Virus record (IMG/VR): IMGVR_UViG_2721755652_000006
Length of the DNA stretch: 37,205 nt
Strand: one strand, 5' to 3'
DNA from: a virus
Lineage: Duplodnaviria > Heunggongvirae > Uroviricota > Caudoviricetes
The position numbers were made by a program, and so were the translations under genes. The notes below the pieces were generated by a model that saw only the letters and a program-made list of their open reading frames with translations, was not told where the DNA came from and ran no database searches. Shown here piece after piece: positions 20,521 through 33,670 of this stretch. The number at the start of each line of letters is the position of its first letter. Within the stretch, counting starts at the first letter, position 1.

Positions 20521-22926
20521 ATCGGGTAGCAGTGATGCATTACTGCATCACCGCCCCCTAAGAACCGTACGTGCCAGTTTCCCGGCATACGGCTCAAGCC
20601 TTTCTAAGCCCACTCTCATGAGCCGGTTTCACTACATGTATACCTTTCGCATGAACAAGTGTGTGACACATCGGATGCAGCATAATCAAATTGGAGAGGC
20701 AGTTGCTCCCTCCATCGACTCGCCGTATGATGTGATGAACCTGCCACTGGGAATCAGATGTAATCCTCTCATCACATATGGGGCATCGGCCCCGCTGCTC
20801 AAACCAGATTTGAATGAGCTTTTTCCGTCCTTGCAGTTTGTGCCGCATTTTGTCTGCACAACGCTCCTCAAAGTACATCTCCCATTGAGGATCGAACGGA
20901 TTAGCTGCAATTTTAATCGGTTTAAACCGGTTGATAGGCGTATCGATTGCTTTCCTCAGATTTGCATACTGAGGCTTACCGTTGGCAAGGAGTTCTCCGG
21001 TAGCCGTGGAGAAAGACCAGTTTCGGGCACCTTGTTGATGGAAATATCTTTTCCGAATCCACTTCTTTCCCTTATTGGGATGACGCCGAACAGCCCAACG
21101 CCATAAAGCCAGCCAGATCTCATTGTCAACTTTGTTAAATGCGACCTTGGCCACAATGTGTTGATGGTAAGCCGCCCACCCTTTGATCATTGGGTTCAGC
21201 ATGCGGATCAACGTAAGCTGATCCATAGCTTTGTTGCCTTTGATTACAGCGCGTATTTTCTTTAAAAAGGAACTGACATTGGCTTTAGAGGGTTTGATCA
21301 GCATCTTACCGCCATATTTGCGAATGTTCTGTCCAAGAAAATCAAATCCTTCCTCGATATGTGTGATTTTCGTCTTTTCCGGAGAAAGCATTAATCCTCT
21401 TTCAGCCATAAACCGCCTGACGACGGGTAATACCTGAGACTCAAGAAGTTCTTTTGACTCTCCAGTGATAATAAAATCATCAGCATATCTCACATAGTTA
21501 ACTTTCGGGTTAACCAATCGTCCCTTGACTGTTCTCTTTTTAAACTCCGAAGCAAGAAGCGCCTCCAGTCCATCCAGAGCAATGTTAGCCAGTACAGGAG
21601 AAATTATTCCCCCCTGAGGAGTTCCTGAATTTACAGGGAATAACTGCCCCTTTTCCCTGTAACCCGCTTTAAGCCACTTTGTCAGGATTTGTCTGTCTGT
21701 TGAGGTGTTATCGATTAGCCATTGATGAGATATATTGTCAAAGCATCCCCGTATATCCCCCTCAAGCACCCATTCAGCGGATGTTTTCTGCGCAAGAACA
21801 CAGAAGCACTGTGCTATCGCATCTGCAGTAGACCTTCCAGTCCGAAAGCCGAAGGATCTCTGGTCAGCAGTGACTTCAGCAACGGGCTCAAGAGCCAGCA
21901 AATACAACGCCTGCATCGCCCGATCCTTCATAGTGGGTATCCCAAGGGGACGAGACTTCCCATTTGACTTAGGTATATAAACCCGCTTAAGTGGCTGTGG
22001 TTTGTAACCACGCCGTTTCAGCAGGTTAATAGCAAGAAATTTAACCTCCGGGGAAGACCATGTCTGACCATCAACCCCAGGAGTACGTTTCCCGCTATTC
22101 TCTGTAACTCGTCTGACAGCAACTGCTCTGCCACTAAACGAGTGAGTCAGTATCCATTGCAAGGATTTGACCTTGCCATGTTTACCTTCTCGTGTTGCCT
22201 TTACGATACGCGCTTGCAGTCTCCGCACTTCCCGATAGCACTGACGCCAGTTGATACTGTGCCAGGAGTCACCGTTAAGTAAGGACGCACCTTTACAGGT
22301 TGTAGCCTGCTCAGTCATCTGCTTTTCCTTTCTGGAAGATTACTCAAACTCTCTCGTAATGAAAGACCCAGTGGAAGTCTGCCCGCTTTCGCGTAGGGTA
22401 ATGTTGCCGGGCTCAACCCTTATCCGGTCCATTACAGACTGGCATTCGCTTTTTCCACCTTCTTTTACCCGCACCGCCAACAGTATCCCTTGCGGTTAAC
22501 CTGCCTCACGAGGCAGCGATACGGGCTTACCATGTTCCACCTGAATAACAACAGTAGGTTAGACTCTGCTCACAACACCGGTGGTTTATTGTCCGTGTAC
22601 CCCTAGCAAACAGAGGAGTAACCAACCACATACCTTTTGGTTCAAGCCTGTCAGCATCTTTGGCTTGTTCTGGTTAACGACGCTTCAGCAGTTCACATAT
22701 GTTAGTCATGCTACCGAGCCTAGACCTCCTCCGCCTGATGCTGGCAGATTACATGTAACCTCACGGTTTCATGCGATCCGAAGATCCGGTTTCATTGTCC
22801 TGACAGCTTCACACCCCACCGTTACCAGTGACGCATGTGTCAGTAGGCTACTGATGACGGAACATCAGGTTCCCTGACGGAATCGAACTCCGCTGGAACA
22901 ATTATTCAGGCGACTTCATGTCGCAC
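20521..22926 (-). mobile_element. Group II intron (about 2406 bp) with intron-encoded protein, oriented antisense to U
   Basis: On the minus strand the element begins 5'-GTGCGACATGAAG (plus 22926 downward) and ends …CTACCCGAT-3' (plus 20521); domain V-like GAGCCGTATGCCGGGAAACTGGCACGTACGGTTC at plus 20562-20595; the stop of the RT ORF overlaps the domain V start. Confidence 0.85.
20594..22318 (-). CDS. Group II intron-encoded protein: reverse transcriptase / maturase / HNH endonuclease
   Basis: 574 aa; RT motifs including YADD (VRYADDFIITG), a maturase X region, and a C-terminal Cys/His-rich HNH-like segment (CPICDERITSDSQWQVHHIIRRVDGGSNCLSNLIMLHPMCHTLVH). Confidence 0.88.
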   Translation of the reverse strand: MTEQATTCKGASLLNGDSWHSINWRQCYREVRRLQARIVKATREGKHGKVKSLQWILTHSFSGRAVAVRRVTENSGKRTPGVDGQTWSSPEVKFLAINLLKRRGYKPQPLKRVYIPKSNGKSRPLGIPTMKDRAMQALYLLALEPVAEVTADQRSFGFRTGRSTADAIAQCFCVLAQKTSAEWVLEGDIRGCFDNISHQWLIDNTSTDRQILTKWLKAGYREKGQLFPVNSGTPQGGIISPVLANIALDGLEALLASEFKKRTVKGRLVNPKVNYVRYADDFIITGESKELLESQVLPVVRRFMAERGLMLSPEKTKITHIEEGFDFLGQNIRKYGGKMLIKPSKANVSSFLKKIRAVIKGNKAMDQLTLIRMLNPMIKGWAAYHQHIVAKVAFNKVDNEIWLALWRWAVRRHPNKGKKWIRKRYFHQQGARNWSFSTATGELLANGKPQYANLRKAIDTPINRFKPIKIAANPFDPQWEMYFEERCADKMRHKLQGRKKLIQIWFEQRGRCPICDERITSDSQWQVHHIIRRVDGGSNCLSNLIMLHPMCHTLVHAKGIHVVKPAHESGLRKA

Positions 22927-23040
22927 ATTTGATCACCAGTATGGTGGCCAGTGGCTATGACTACCGGCGCGACGATGATGCGGGCCTGTGGAGTTCAGCC
23001 GATCTGACTTATGTCATTACCTATGAAATGTGAGGACGAT

Positions 23041-23781
23041 ATGCCAACACCAAATCCTCTGGCACCGGTGAAAGGGGCCGGGACCACACTGTGGGTTTAT
23101 AACGGGAACGGCGACCCATATGCAAACCCGCTTTCAGACAATGACTGGTCGCGTCTGGCAAAGGTTAAAGACCTGACGCCCGGCGAACTGACCGCTGAGT
23201 CCTATGACGACAGTTATCTCGATGATGAAGATGCGGACTGGGCCGCGACCGGACAGGGGCAGAAATCCGCTGGAGATACCAGCTTCACGCTGGCGTGGAT
23301 GCCCGGAGAGCAGGGGCAGCAGGCGCTGCTGGCGTGGTTTAATGAAGGTGATACCCGTGCCTATAAAATCCGCTTCCCGAACGGCACGGTCGATGTGTTC
23401 CGCGGCTGGGTCAGCAGTATCGGTAAGGCGGTGACGGCGAAGGAAGTGATCACCCGCACGGTGAAAGTCACCAACGTGGGACGTCCGTCGATGGCAGAAG
23501 ATCGCAGCACGGTAACAGCGGCAACCGGCATGACCGTGACGCCTGCCAGCACCTCGGTGGTGAAAGGGCAGAGCACGACGCTGACCGTGGCATTCCAGCC
23601 GGAAGGCGCAACCGACAAGAGCTTCCGTGCGGTGTCTGCGGATAAAACAAAAGCCACCGTGTCGGTCAGTGGTATGACCATCACCGTGAAAGGTGTTGCT
23701 GCAGGCAAGGTCAACATTCCGGTCGTATCCGGTAATGGTGAGTTTGCTGCGGTTGCAGAAATCAACGTCACCGCCAGTTAA
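23041..23781 (+). CDS. V: Major tail protein V
   Basis: 246-aa product from [33 protein letters not shown]… matches lambda gpV; the ORF-track start at 23011 is an upstream extension overlapping U. Confidence 0.93.
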   Translation: MPTPNPLAPVKGAGTTLWVYNGNGDPYANPLSDNDWSRLAKVKDLTPGELTAESYDDSYLDDEDADWAATGQGQKSAGDTSFTLAWMPGEQGQQALLAWFNEGDTRAYKIRFPNGTVDVFRGWVSSIGKAVTAKEVITRTVKVTNVGRPSMAEDRSTVTAATGMTVTPASTSVVKGQSTTLTVAFQPEGATDKSFRAVSADKTKATVSVSGMTITVKGVAAGKVNIPVVSGNGEFAAVAEINVTAS

Positions 23782-23796
23782 TCCGGAGAATCAGCG

Positions 23797-24219
23797 ATGT
23801 TCCTGAAAACCGAATCATTTGAACATAACGGCGTGACCGTCACGCTTTCTGAACTGTCAGCCCTGCAGCGTATTGAGCATCTCGCCCTGATGAAACGGCA
23901 GGCAGAACAGGCGGAGTCAGACAGCAACCGGAAGTTTACTGTGGAAGACGCCATCAGAACCGGCGCTTTTGTGGTGGCGATGTCCCTGTGGCATAACCAT
24001 CCGAAGAAGACGCAGATGCCGTCCATGAATGAAGCCGTTAAACAGATTGAGCAGGAAGTGCTTACCACCTGGCCCGCGGAGGCAATTTCTCATGCTGAAA
24101 ACGTGGTGTACCGGCTGTCCGGTATGTATGAGTTTGTGGTGAATGATGCCCCTGAACAGGCAGAGGACGCCGGGCCTGCAGAGCCTGTTTCTGCGGGAAA
24201 GTGTTCGACGGTGAGCTGA
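23797..24219 (+). CDS. G: Tail assembly chaperone G
   Basis: 140-aa product MFLKTESFEHNGVTVTLSELSALQRIEHLALMKRQAEQ… matches lambda gpG. Confidence 0.93.
   Translation: MFLKTESFEHNGVTVTLSELSALQRIEHLALMKRQAEQAESDSNRKFTVEDAIRTGAFVVAMSLWHNHPKKTQMPSMNEAVKQIEQEVLTTWPAEAISHAENVVYRLSGMYEFVVNDAPEQAEDAGPAEPVSAGKCSTVS
24195..24201 (+). promoter_or_regulatory. Programmed -1 ribosomal frameshift slippery heptamer G GGA AAG (G to G-T fusion)
   Basis: GGGAAAG sits in the G frame as X XXY YYZ near the 3' end of G, with the T frame open in -1 from this point. Confidence 0.8.
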
Positions 24220-24635
24220 GTTTTGCCCTGAAACTGGCGCGCGAGATGGGGCGACCCGACTGGCGTGCCATGCTTGCCGGGATGTCATCCACGGAGTATG
24301 CCGACTGGCACCGCTTTTACAGTACCCATTATTTTCATGATGTTCTGCTGGATATGCACTTTTCCGGGCTGACGTACACCGTGCTCAGCCTGTTTTTCAG
24401 CGATCCGGATATGCATCCGCTGGATTTCAGTCTGCTGAACCGGCGTGAGGCTGACGAAGAGCCTGAAGATGATGTGCTGATGCAGAAAGCGGCAGGGCTT
24501 GCTGGAGGCGTTCGTTTTGGCCCGGACGGGAATGAAGTTATCCCCGCTTCCCCGGATGTGGCGGACATGACGGAGGATGACGTAATGCTGATGACAGTAT
24601 CAGAAGGGATCGCAGGAGGAGTCCGGTATGGCTGA
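24201..24635 (+). CDS. T: T portion of the G-T tail assembly fusion protein (expressed by -1 frameshift from G)
   Basis: 144-codon open frame in -1 relative to G, overlapping the G 3' end and ending at the H start; no strong independent start. Confidence 0.85.
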   Translation: MFDGELSFALKLAREMGRPDWRAMLAGMSSTEYADWHRFYSTHYFHDVLLDMHFSGLTYTVLSLFFSDPDMHPLDFSLLNRREADEEPEDDVLMQKAAGLAGGVRFGPDGNEVIPASPDVADMTEDDVMLMTVSEGIAGGVRYG

Positions 24636-27177
24636 ACCGGTAGGCGATCTGGTCGTTGATTTAAGTCTGGATGCGGCCAGATTTGACGAGCAGATGGCCA
24701 GAGTCAGGCGTCATTTTTCCGGTACGGAAAGTGATGCGAAAAAAACAGCGGCAGTCGTTGAACAGTCGATGAGCCGGCAGGCGCTGGCTGCACAGAAAGC
24801 GGGAATTTCCGTCGGGCAGTATAAAGCCGCCATGCGTATGCTGCCTGCGCAGTTCACTGACGTGGCCACGCAGCTTGCAGGTGGGCAAAGTCCGTGGCTG
24901 ATCCTGCTGCAACAGGGGGGGCAGGTGAAGGACTCCTTCGGCGGGATGATCCCCATGTTCCGGGGGCTTGCCGGTGCGATCACCCTGCCGATGGTGGGGG
25001 CCACCTCGCTGGCGGTGGCGACCGGTGCGCTGGCGTATGCCTGGTATCAGGGCAACTCAACCCTGTCCGATTTCAACAAAACGCTGGTCCTTTCCGGCAA
25101 TCAGGCCGGGCTGACGGCAGATCGTATGCTGGTCCTGTCCAGAGCCGGGCAGGCGGCAGGGCTGACGTTTAACCAGACCAGCGAGTCACTCAGCGCACTG
25201 GTTAAGGCGGGGGTAAGCGGTGAGGCTCAGATTGCGTCCATCAGCCAGAGTGTGGCGCGTTTCTCCTCTGCATCAGGCGTGGAGGTGGACAAGGTCGCTG
25301 AAGCCTTCGGGAAGCTGACCACTGACCCGACGTCGGGGCTGACAGCGATGGCGCGCCAGTTCCATAACGTGACGGCGGAGCAGATTGCGTATGTTGCTCA
25401 GTTGCAGCGTTCCGGCGAAGAAGCCGGGGCATTGCAGGCGGCGAACGAGGCCGCGACGAAAGGGTTTGATGACCAGACCCGCCGCCTGAAAGAGAACATG
25501 GGCACGCTGGAAACCTGGGCAGACAGGACAGCACGGGCATTCAAATCCATGTGGGATGCGGTGCTGGATATTGGTCGTCCTGATACCGCGCAGGAGATGC
25601 TGATTAAGGCAGAGGCCGCGTTTAAGAAAGCGGACGATATCTGGAATCTGCGCAAGGATGATTATTTTGTTAACGATGAAGCGCGGGCGCGTTACTGGGA
25701 TGATCGTGAAAAGGCCCGTCTTGCGCTTGAAGCCGCCCGAAAGAAGGCTGAGCAGCAGAGTCAACAGGACAAAAATGCGCAGCAACAGAGCGATACCGAA
25801 GCGTCACGGCTGAAATATACCGAAGAGGCGCAGAAGGCTTACGAACGCCTGCAGACGCCGCTGGAGAAATATACCGCCCGTCAGGAAGAACTGAATAAGG
25901 CACTGAAAGACGGGAAAATCCTGCAGGCAGATTACAACACGCTGATGGCGGCGGCGAAAAAGGACTATGAAGCGACGCTGAAAAAGCCGAAACAGTCCGG
26001 CGTGAAGGTGTCTGCGGGCGATCGTCAGGAAGACAGTGCTCATGCTGCCCTGCTGACGCTTCAGGCAGAACTCCGGATGCTGGAGAAGCATGCCGGAGCG
26101 AATGAGAAAATCAGCCAGCAGCGCCGGGATTTGTGGAAGGCAGAAAGTCAGTTCGCGGTACTGGAGGAGGCGGCACAACGTCGCCAGCTGTCCGCACAGG
26201 AGAAATCCCTGCTGGCGCATAAAGACGAGACGCTGGAGTACAAACGCCAGCTGGCTGTACTTGGCGACAAGGTCACCTATCAGGAGCACCTGAACGCGCT
26301 GGCACAGCAGGCGGATAAATTCGCACAGCAACAACGGGCAAAACGGGCCGCCATTGATGCAAAAAACCGGGGGCTGACTGACCGGCAGGCAGCGCGGGAA
26401 GCCACGGAACAGCGCCTGAAGGAACAGTATGGCGATAATCCTCTGGCGCTGAATAACGTCATGTCAGAGCAGAAAAAGACCTGGGCAGCTGAAGACCAGC
26501 TTCGCGGGAGCTGGATGGCAGGCCTCAGGTCAGGCTGGAGTGAGTGGGAAGAGAGCGCCACGGACAGTATGTCGCAGGTTAAAAGTGCTGCCACGCAGAC
26601 CTTTGATGGTATTGCACAGAATATGGCGGCGATGCTGACCGGCAGTGAACAGAACTGGCGCAGCTTCACCCGTTCCGTGCTGTCCATGATGACAGAAATT
26701 CTGCTTAAGCAGGCAATGGTGGGGATTGTCGGAAGTATAGGCAGCGCCATTGGCGGCGGCGCATCAGCGTCAGGCGGTACAGCCATTCAGGCAGCTGCGG
26801 CGAAATTCCATTTTGCGGCCGGAGGGTTTACGGGAACCGGCGGCAAATATGAGCCAGCGGGGATTGTTCACCGTGGTGAATTTGTCTTCACGAAGGAGGC
26901 AACCAGCCGGATTGGCGTAGGAAATCTTTACCGGCTGATGCGCGGCTATGCCACCGGCGGTTATGTCGGTACACCGGGCAGCATGGCGGACAGCCGGTCG
27001 CAGGCGTCCGGGACGTTTGAGCAGAATAACCATGTGGTGATTAACAACGACGGCACGAACGGTCAGATAGGGCCACAGGCACTGAAGGCGGTTTATGACG
27101 TAGCCCGTAAGGCGGCAATGGATGTTGTGACCGGGCAGATGCGCGATGGTGGTCTGTTCTCCGGAGGTGGACGATGA
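24628..27177 (+). CDS. H: Tail tape measure protein H
   Basis: 849-aa product matches lambda gpH as recalled (MAEPVGDLVVDLSLDAARFDEQMARVRRHFSGTESDAKK…); coiled-coil-rich. Confidence 0.95.
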   Translation: MAEPVGDLVVDLSLDAARFDEQMARVRRHFSGTESDAKKTAAVVEQSMSRQALAAQKAGISVGQYKAAMRMLPAQFTDVATQLAGGQSPWLILLQQGGQVKDSFGGMIPMFRGLAGAITLPMVGATSLAVATGALAYAWYQGNSTLSDFNKTLVLSGNQAGLTADRMLVLSRAGQAAGLTFNQTSESLSALVKAGVSGEAQIASISQSVARFSSASGVEVDKVAEAFGKLTTDPTSGLTAMARQFHNVTAEQIAYVAQLQRSGEEAGALQAANEAATKGFDDQTRRLKENMGTLETWADRTARAFKSMWDAVLDIGRPDTAQEMLIKAEAAFKKADDIWNLRKDDYFVNDEARARYWDDREKARLALEAARKKAEQQSQQDKNAQQQSDTEASRLKYTEEAQKAYERLQTPLEKYTARQEELNKALKDGKILQADYNTLMAAAKKDYEATLKKPKQSGVKVSAGDRQEDSAHAALLTLQAELRMLEKHAGANEKISQQRRDLWKAESQFAVLEEAAQRRQLSAQEKSLLAHKDETLEYKRQLAVLGDKVTYQEHLNALAQQADKFAQQQRAKRAAIDAKNRGLTDRQAAREATEQRLKEQYGDNPLALNNVMSEQKKTWAAEDQLRGSWMAGLRSGWSEWEESATDSMSQVKSAATQTFDGIAQNMAAMLTGSEQNWRSFTRSVLSMMTEILLKQAMVGIVGSIGSAIGGGASASGGTAIQAAAAKFHFAAGGFTGTGGKYEPAGIVHRGEFVFTKEATSRIGVGNLYRLMRGYATGGYVGTPGSMADSRSQASGTFEQNNHVVINNDGTNGQIGPQALKAVYDVARKAAMDVVTGQMRDGGLFSGGGR

Positions 27178-27503
27178 AAACCTTCCGCTGGAAAGTGAAA
27201 CCCGGTATGGATGTGGCTTCGGCCCCTTCCGTAAGAAAGGTGCGCTTTGGTGATGGCTATTCCCAGCGAGCGCCTGCCGGGCTGAATGCCGACCTGAAAA
27301 CGTACAGCGTGACGCTTTCTGTTCCCCGTTGGGAGGCCACGGCGCTTGAGTCGTTTCTGGCTGAGCACGGGGGCTGGAAGGCCTTTCTGTGGACGCCGCC
27401 TTATGAGTGGCGGCAGATAAAGGTGACCTGCGCAAAATGGTCGTCGCGGGTCAGTATGCTGCGTGTTGAGTTCAGCGCAGAGTTTGAACAGGTGGTGAAC
27501 TGA
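27174..27503 (+). CDS. M: Tail tip protein M
   Basis: 109-aa product MKTFRWKVKPGMDVASAPSVRKVRFGDGYSQRAP… matches lambda gpM. Confidence 0.93.
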   Translation: MKTFRWKVKPGMDVASAPSVRKVRFGDGYSQRAPAGLNADLKTYSVTLSVPRWEATALESFLAEHGGWKAFLWTPPYEWRQIKVTCAKWSSRVSMLRVEFSAEFEQVVN

Positions 27504-28201
27504 TGCAGGATATCCGGCAGGAAACACTGAATGAATGCACCCGTGCGGAGCAGTCGGCCAGCGTGGTGCTCTGGGAAATCGATCTGACAGAGGTCGGTGG
27601 AGAACGTTATTTTTTCTGTAATGAGCAGAACGAAAAAGGTGAGCCGGTCACCTGGCAGGGGCGACAGTATCAGCCGTATCCCATTCAGGGGAGTGGTTTT
27701 GAACTGAATGGCAAAGGCACCAGTACGCGCCCCACGCTGACGGTTTCTAACCTGTACGGTATGGTCACCGGGATGGCGGAAGATCTGCAGAGTCTGGTCG
27801 GCGGAACGGTGGTCCGGCGTAAGGTTTACGCCCGTTTTCTGGATGCGGTGAACTTCGTCAACGGAAACAGTGACGCCGATCCGGAGCAGGAGGTGATCAG
27901 CCGCTGGCGCATTGAGCAGTGCAGCGAACTGAGCGCGGTGAGTGCCTCTTTTGTACTGTCCACGCCGACGGAAACGGACGGCGCTGTTTTTCCGGGACGT
28001 ATCATGCTGGCCAACACCTGCACCTGGACCTATCGCGGCGATGAGTGCGGTTATCACGGTCCGGCGGTCGCGGATGAATATGACCAGCCAACGTCCGATA
28101 TCACGAAGGATAAATGCAGCAAATGCCTGAGCGGTTGTAAGTTCCGCAATAACGTCGGCAACTTTGGCGGCTTCCTTTCCATTAACAAACTTTCGCAGTA
28201 A
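27503..28201 (+). CDS. L: Tail tip protein L
   Basis: 232-aa product MQDIRQETLNECTRAEQSASVVLWEIDLTEVGG… matches lambda gpL; C-terminal Cys cluster. Confidence 0.93.
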   Translation: MQDIRQETLNECTRAEQSASVVLWEIDLTEVGGERYFFCNEQNEKGEPVTWQGRQYQPYPIQGSGFELNGKGTSTRPTLTVSNLYGMVTGMAEDLQSLVGGTVVRRKVYARFLDAVNFVNGNSDADPEQEVISRWRIEQCSELSAVSASFVLSTPTETDGAVFPGRIMLANTCTWTYRGDECGYHGPAVADEYDQPTSDITKDKCSKCLSGCKFRNNVGNFGGFLSINKLSQ

Positions 28202-28206
28202 ATCCC

Positions 28207-28950
28207 ATGACACAGACAGAATCAGCGATTCTGGCGCACGCCCGGCGATGTGCGCCAGCGGAGTCGTGCGGCTTCGTGGTAAGCACGCCGGAGGGGGAAA
28301 GATATTTCCCCTGCGTGAATATCTCCGGTGAGCCGGAGGCGTATTTCCGTATGTCGCCGGAAGACTGGCTGCAGGCAGAAATGCAGGGTGAGATTGTGGC
28401 GCTGGTCCACAGCCACCCCGGTGGTCTGCCCTGGCTGAGTGAGGCCGACCGGCGGCTGCAGGTGCAGAGTGATTTGCCGTGGTGGCTGGTCTGCCGGGGG
28501 ACGATTCATAAGTTCCGCTGTGTGCCGCATCTCACCGGGCGGCGCTTTGAGCACGGGGTGACGGACTGTTACACGCTGTTCCGGGATGCTTATCATCTGG
28601 CGGGGATTGAGATGCCGGATTTTCATCGCGAGGATGACTGGTGGCGTCACGGTCAGAATCTCTATCTGGATAATCTGGAGGCCACAGGGCTGTATCAGGT
28701 GCCGTTGTCATCAGCACAACCGGGCGATGTGCTGCTGTGCTGTTTTGGTTCATCGGTGCCGAATCATGCCGCCATTTACTGTGGTGATGGCGAGCTGCTG
28801 CACCATATTCCTGAACAACTGAGCAAACGAGAGAGGTATACCGACAAATGGCAGCGACGCACACACTCCCTCTGGCGTCACCGGGCATGGCGCGCATCTG
28901 CCTTTACGGGGATTTGCAACGATTTGGCCGCCGCATCGACCTTCGTGTGA
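28207..28950 (+). CDS. K: Tail assembly protein K (long form with N-terminal MPN/JAMM-like motif and C-terminal NlpC/P60-like region)
   Basis: 247-aa ORF; residues from MSPEDWLQAEMQ… (ATG 28351) match lambda K, but the frame is open from ATG 28207 and the upstream part carries E-x-CG … HSHPGG…S…D. Confidence 0.8.
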   Translation: MTQTESAILAHARRCAPAESCGFVVSTPEGERYFPCVNISGEPEAYFRMSPEDWLQAEMQGEIVALVHSHPGGLPWLSEADRRLQVQSDLPWWLVCRGTIHKFRCVPHLTGRRFEHGVTDCYTLFRDAYHLAGIEMPDFHREDDWWRHGQNLYLDNLEATGLYQVPLSSAQPGDVLLCCFGSSVPNHAAIYCGDGELLHHIPEQLSKRERYTDKWQRRTHSLWRHRAWRASAFTGICNDLAAASTFV

Positions 28951-29519
28951 AAACGGGGGCTGAAGCCATCCGCGCACTGGCCACACAGCTCCCGGTGTTT
29001 CGTCAGAAGCTGAGCGACGGCTGGTATCAGGTACGGATTACCGGGCGGGACGTCAGCACGTCCGGGTTAACGGCGCAGTTACATGAGACTCTGCCTGATG
29101 GCGCTGTGATTCATATTGTTCCCAGAGTCGCCGGGGCCAAGTCAGGTGGCGTATTCCAGATTGTCCTGGGGGCTGCCGCCATTGCCGGATCATTCTTTAC
29201 CGCCGGAGCCACCCTTGCAGCATGGGGGGCAGCCATTGGGGCCGGTGGTATGACCGGCATCCTGTTTTCTCTCGGTGCCAGTATGGTGCTCGGTGGTGTG
29301 GCGCAGATGCTGGCACCGAAAGCCAGAACTCCCCGTACACAGACAACGGATAACGGCAAACAGAACACCTATTTCTCCTCACTGGATAACATGGTTGCCC
29401 AGGGCAATGTTCTGCCGGTTCTGTACGGTGAAATGCGCGTGGGGTCACGCGTGGTTTCTCAAGAGATCAGCACGGCAGACGAAGGGGACGGTGGTCAGGT
29501 TGTGGTGATTGGTCGCTGA
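28848..29519 (+). CDS. I: Tail assembly protein I
   Basis: 223-aa product matches lambda gpI as recalled; overlaps the K 3' end by 103 nt as in lambda. Confidence 0.92.
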   Translation: MAATHTLPLASPGMARICLYGDLQRFGRRIDLRVKTGAEAIRALATQLPVFRQKLSDGWYQVRITGRDVSTSGLTAQLHETLPDGAVIHIVPRVAGAKSGGVFQIVLGAAAIAGSFFTAGATLAAWGAAIGAGGMTGILFSLGASMVLGGVAQMLAPKARTPRTQTTDNGKQNTYFSSLDNMVAQGNVLPVLYGEMRVGSRVVSQEISTADEGDGGQVVVIGR

Positions 29520-29537
29520 TGCAAAATGTTTTATGTG

Positions 29538-29563
29538 AAACCGCCTCCGGGCGGTTTTATCGT
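29538..29563 (+). terminator. Terminator-like hairpin between I and J (AACCGCC-TCCG-GGCGGTT followed by TTATCGTTT)
   Basis: 7-bp stem, 4-nt loop, U-containing tail. Confidence 0.4.
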
Positions 29564-29576
29564 TTATGGAGCATGA

Positions 29577-32978
<3,402 letters not shown>

Positions 32979-32996
32979 ATTTTATAACCCAGAACG

Positions 32997-33021
32997 GGCG
33001 TCAGAAATGACGCCTTTTTTA
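32997..33021 (+). terminator. Rho-independent terminator after J (GGCGTCA-GAAA-TGACGCC followed by TTTTTTATT)
   Basis: Perfect 7-bp stem with a GAAA tetraloop and a 6-T run. Confidence 0.75.
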
Positions 33022-33044
33022 TTGCAGAAAAGCGAGAGGTAATT

Positions 33045-33644
33045 ATGCGTAAACTTTATGCCGCCATTTTGTCCGCAGCCATTTGTCTGGCCGTATCCGG
33101 TGCGCCTGCATGGGCATCTGAACATCAGTCCACGCTGAGCGCGGGGTATCTTCATGCCCGGACCAACGTTCCCGGCAGTGATGATCTGAACGGGATTAAC
33201 GTGAAATACCGTTATGAGTTTACGGATACGCTGGGGCTGGTGACGTCATTCAGCTATGCAGGAGACAAGAATCGCCAGCTTACCCGTTACAGCGATACCC
33301 GCTGGCATGAAGATTCCGTTCGTAACCGCTGGTTCAGCGTAATGGCGGGGCCGTCTGTGCGCGTGAATGAATGGTTCAGCGCGTATGCGATGGCGGGTGT
33401 GGCTTACAGCCGTGTGTCGACTTTCTCCGGGGATTATCTTCGCGTAACTGACAACAAGGGGAAAACGCACGATGTGCTGACCGGAAGTGATGACGGTCGC
33501 CACAGCAACACGTCTCTGGCGTGGGGGGCTGGCGTGCAGTTTAACCCGACCGAATCCGTGGCCATTGATATTGCTTATGAAGGCTCCGGCAGTGGCGACT
33601 GGCGCACTGACGGTTTCATCGTGGGTGTCGGTTATAAGTTCTGA
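33045..33644 (+). CDS. lom: Outer membrane protein Lom (Ail/Lom family)
   Basis: 199-aa product with signal peptide ([24 protein letters not shown]) and a C-terminal beta-barrel ending …[10 protein letters not shown]. Confidence 0.9.
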   Translation: MRKLYAAILSAAICLAVSGAPAWASEHQSTLSAGYLHARTNVPGSDDLNGINVKYRYEFTDTLGLVTSFSYAGDKNRQLTRYSDTRWHEDSVRNRWFSVMAGPSVRVNEWFSAYAMAGVAYSRVSTFSGDYLRVTDNKGKTHDVLTGSDDGRHSNTSLAWGAGVQFNPTESVAIDIAYEGSGSGDWRTDGFIVGVGYKF

Positions 33645-33670
33645 TTAGCCAGGTAACACAGTGTTATGAC

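Larger units (their letters stand above)
20232..23033 (+). pseudogene. U: Tail terminator U, interrupted by an antisense group II intron: 5' part 20232..20520, 3' part 22927..23033
   Basis: First 96 codons match lambda U up to …MSDIPALS, then run into unrelated sequence; the remaining 35 codons ([34 protein letters not shown]) resume in frame at 22927; the two parts sum to exactly 131 codons. Confidence 0.85.

Noticed and set aside
20232-20561. ORF-track version of U as a 109-aa protein ending …ALSDRVAVMHYCITAP
   Set aside because: The last 13 residues are read-through into the antisense intron; the real U 3' end resumes at 22927.
20468-21106. 212-aa plus-strand ORF and several smaller plus-strand ORFs (21231..21437, 21722..21980, 22251..22499, 22581..22877) inside the intron region
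   Set aside because: Antisense to the RT/maturase ORF or within intron ribozyme domains; no start context or recognisable motifs.
23011-23040. Upstream in-frame starts for V (ORF track 23011) and similar extensions for E (17788), ybcO (6546), stf (33703) and D (17421)
   Set aside because: The extensions overlap the preceding gene and the lambda-matching N-termini begin at the downstream start codons.
24661-27527. Minus-strand ORFs (up to 221 aa) within the tape measure gene H and the M/L region
   Set aside because: Antisense to H/M/L, which match lambda proteins; Arg/Pro-rich products typical of off-frame GC-rich sequence.
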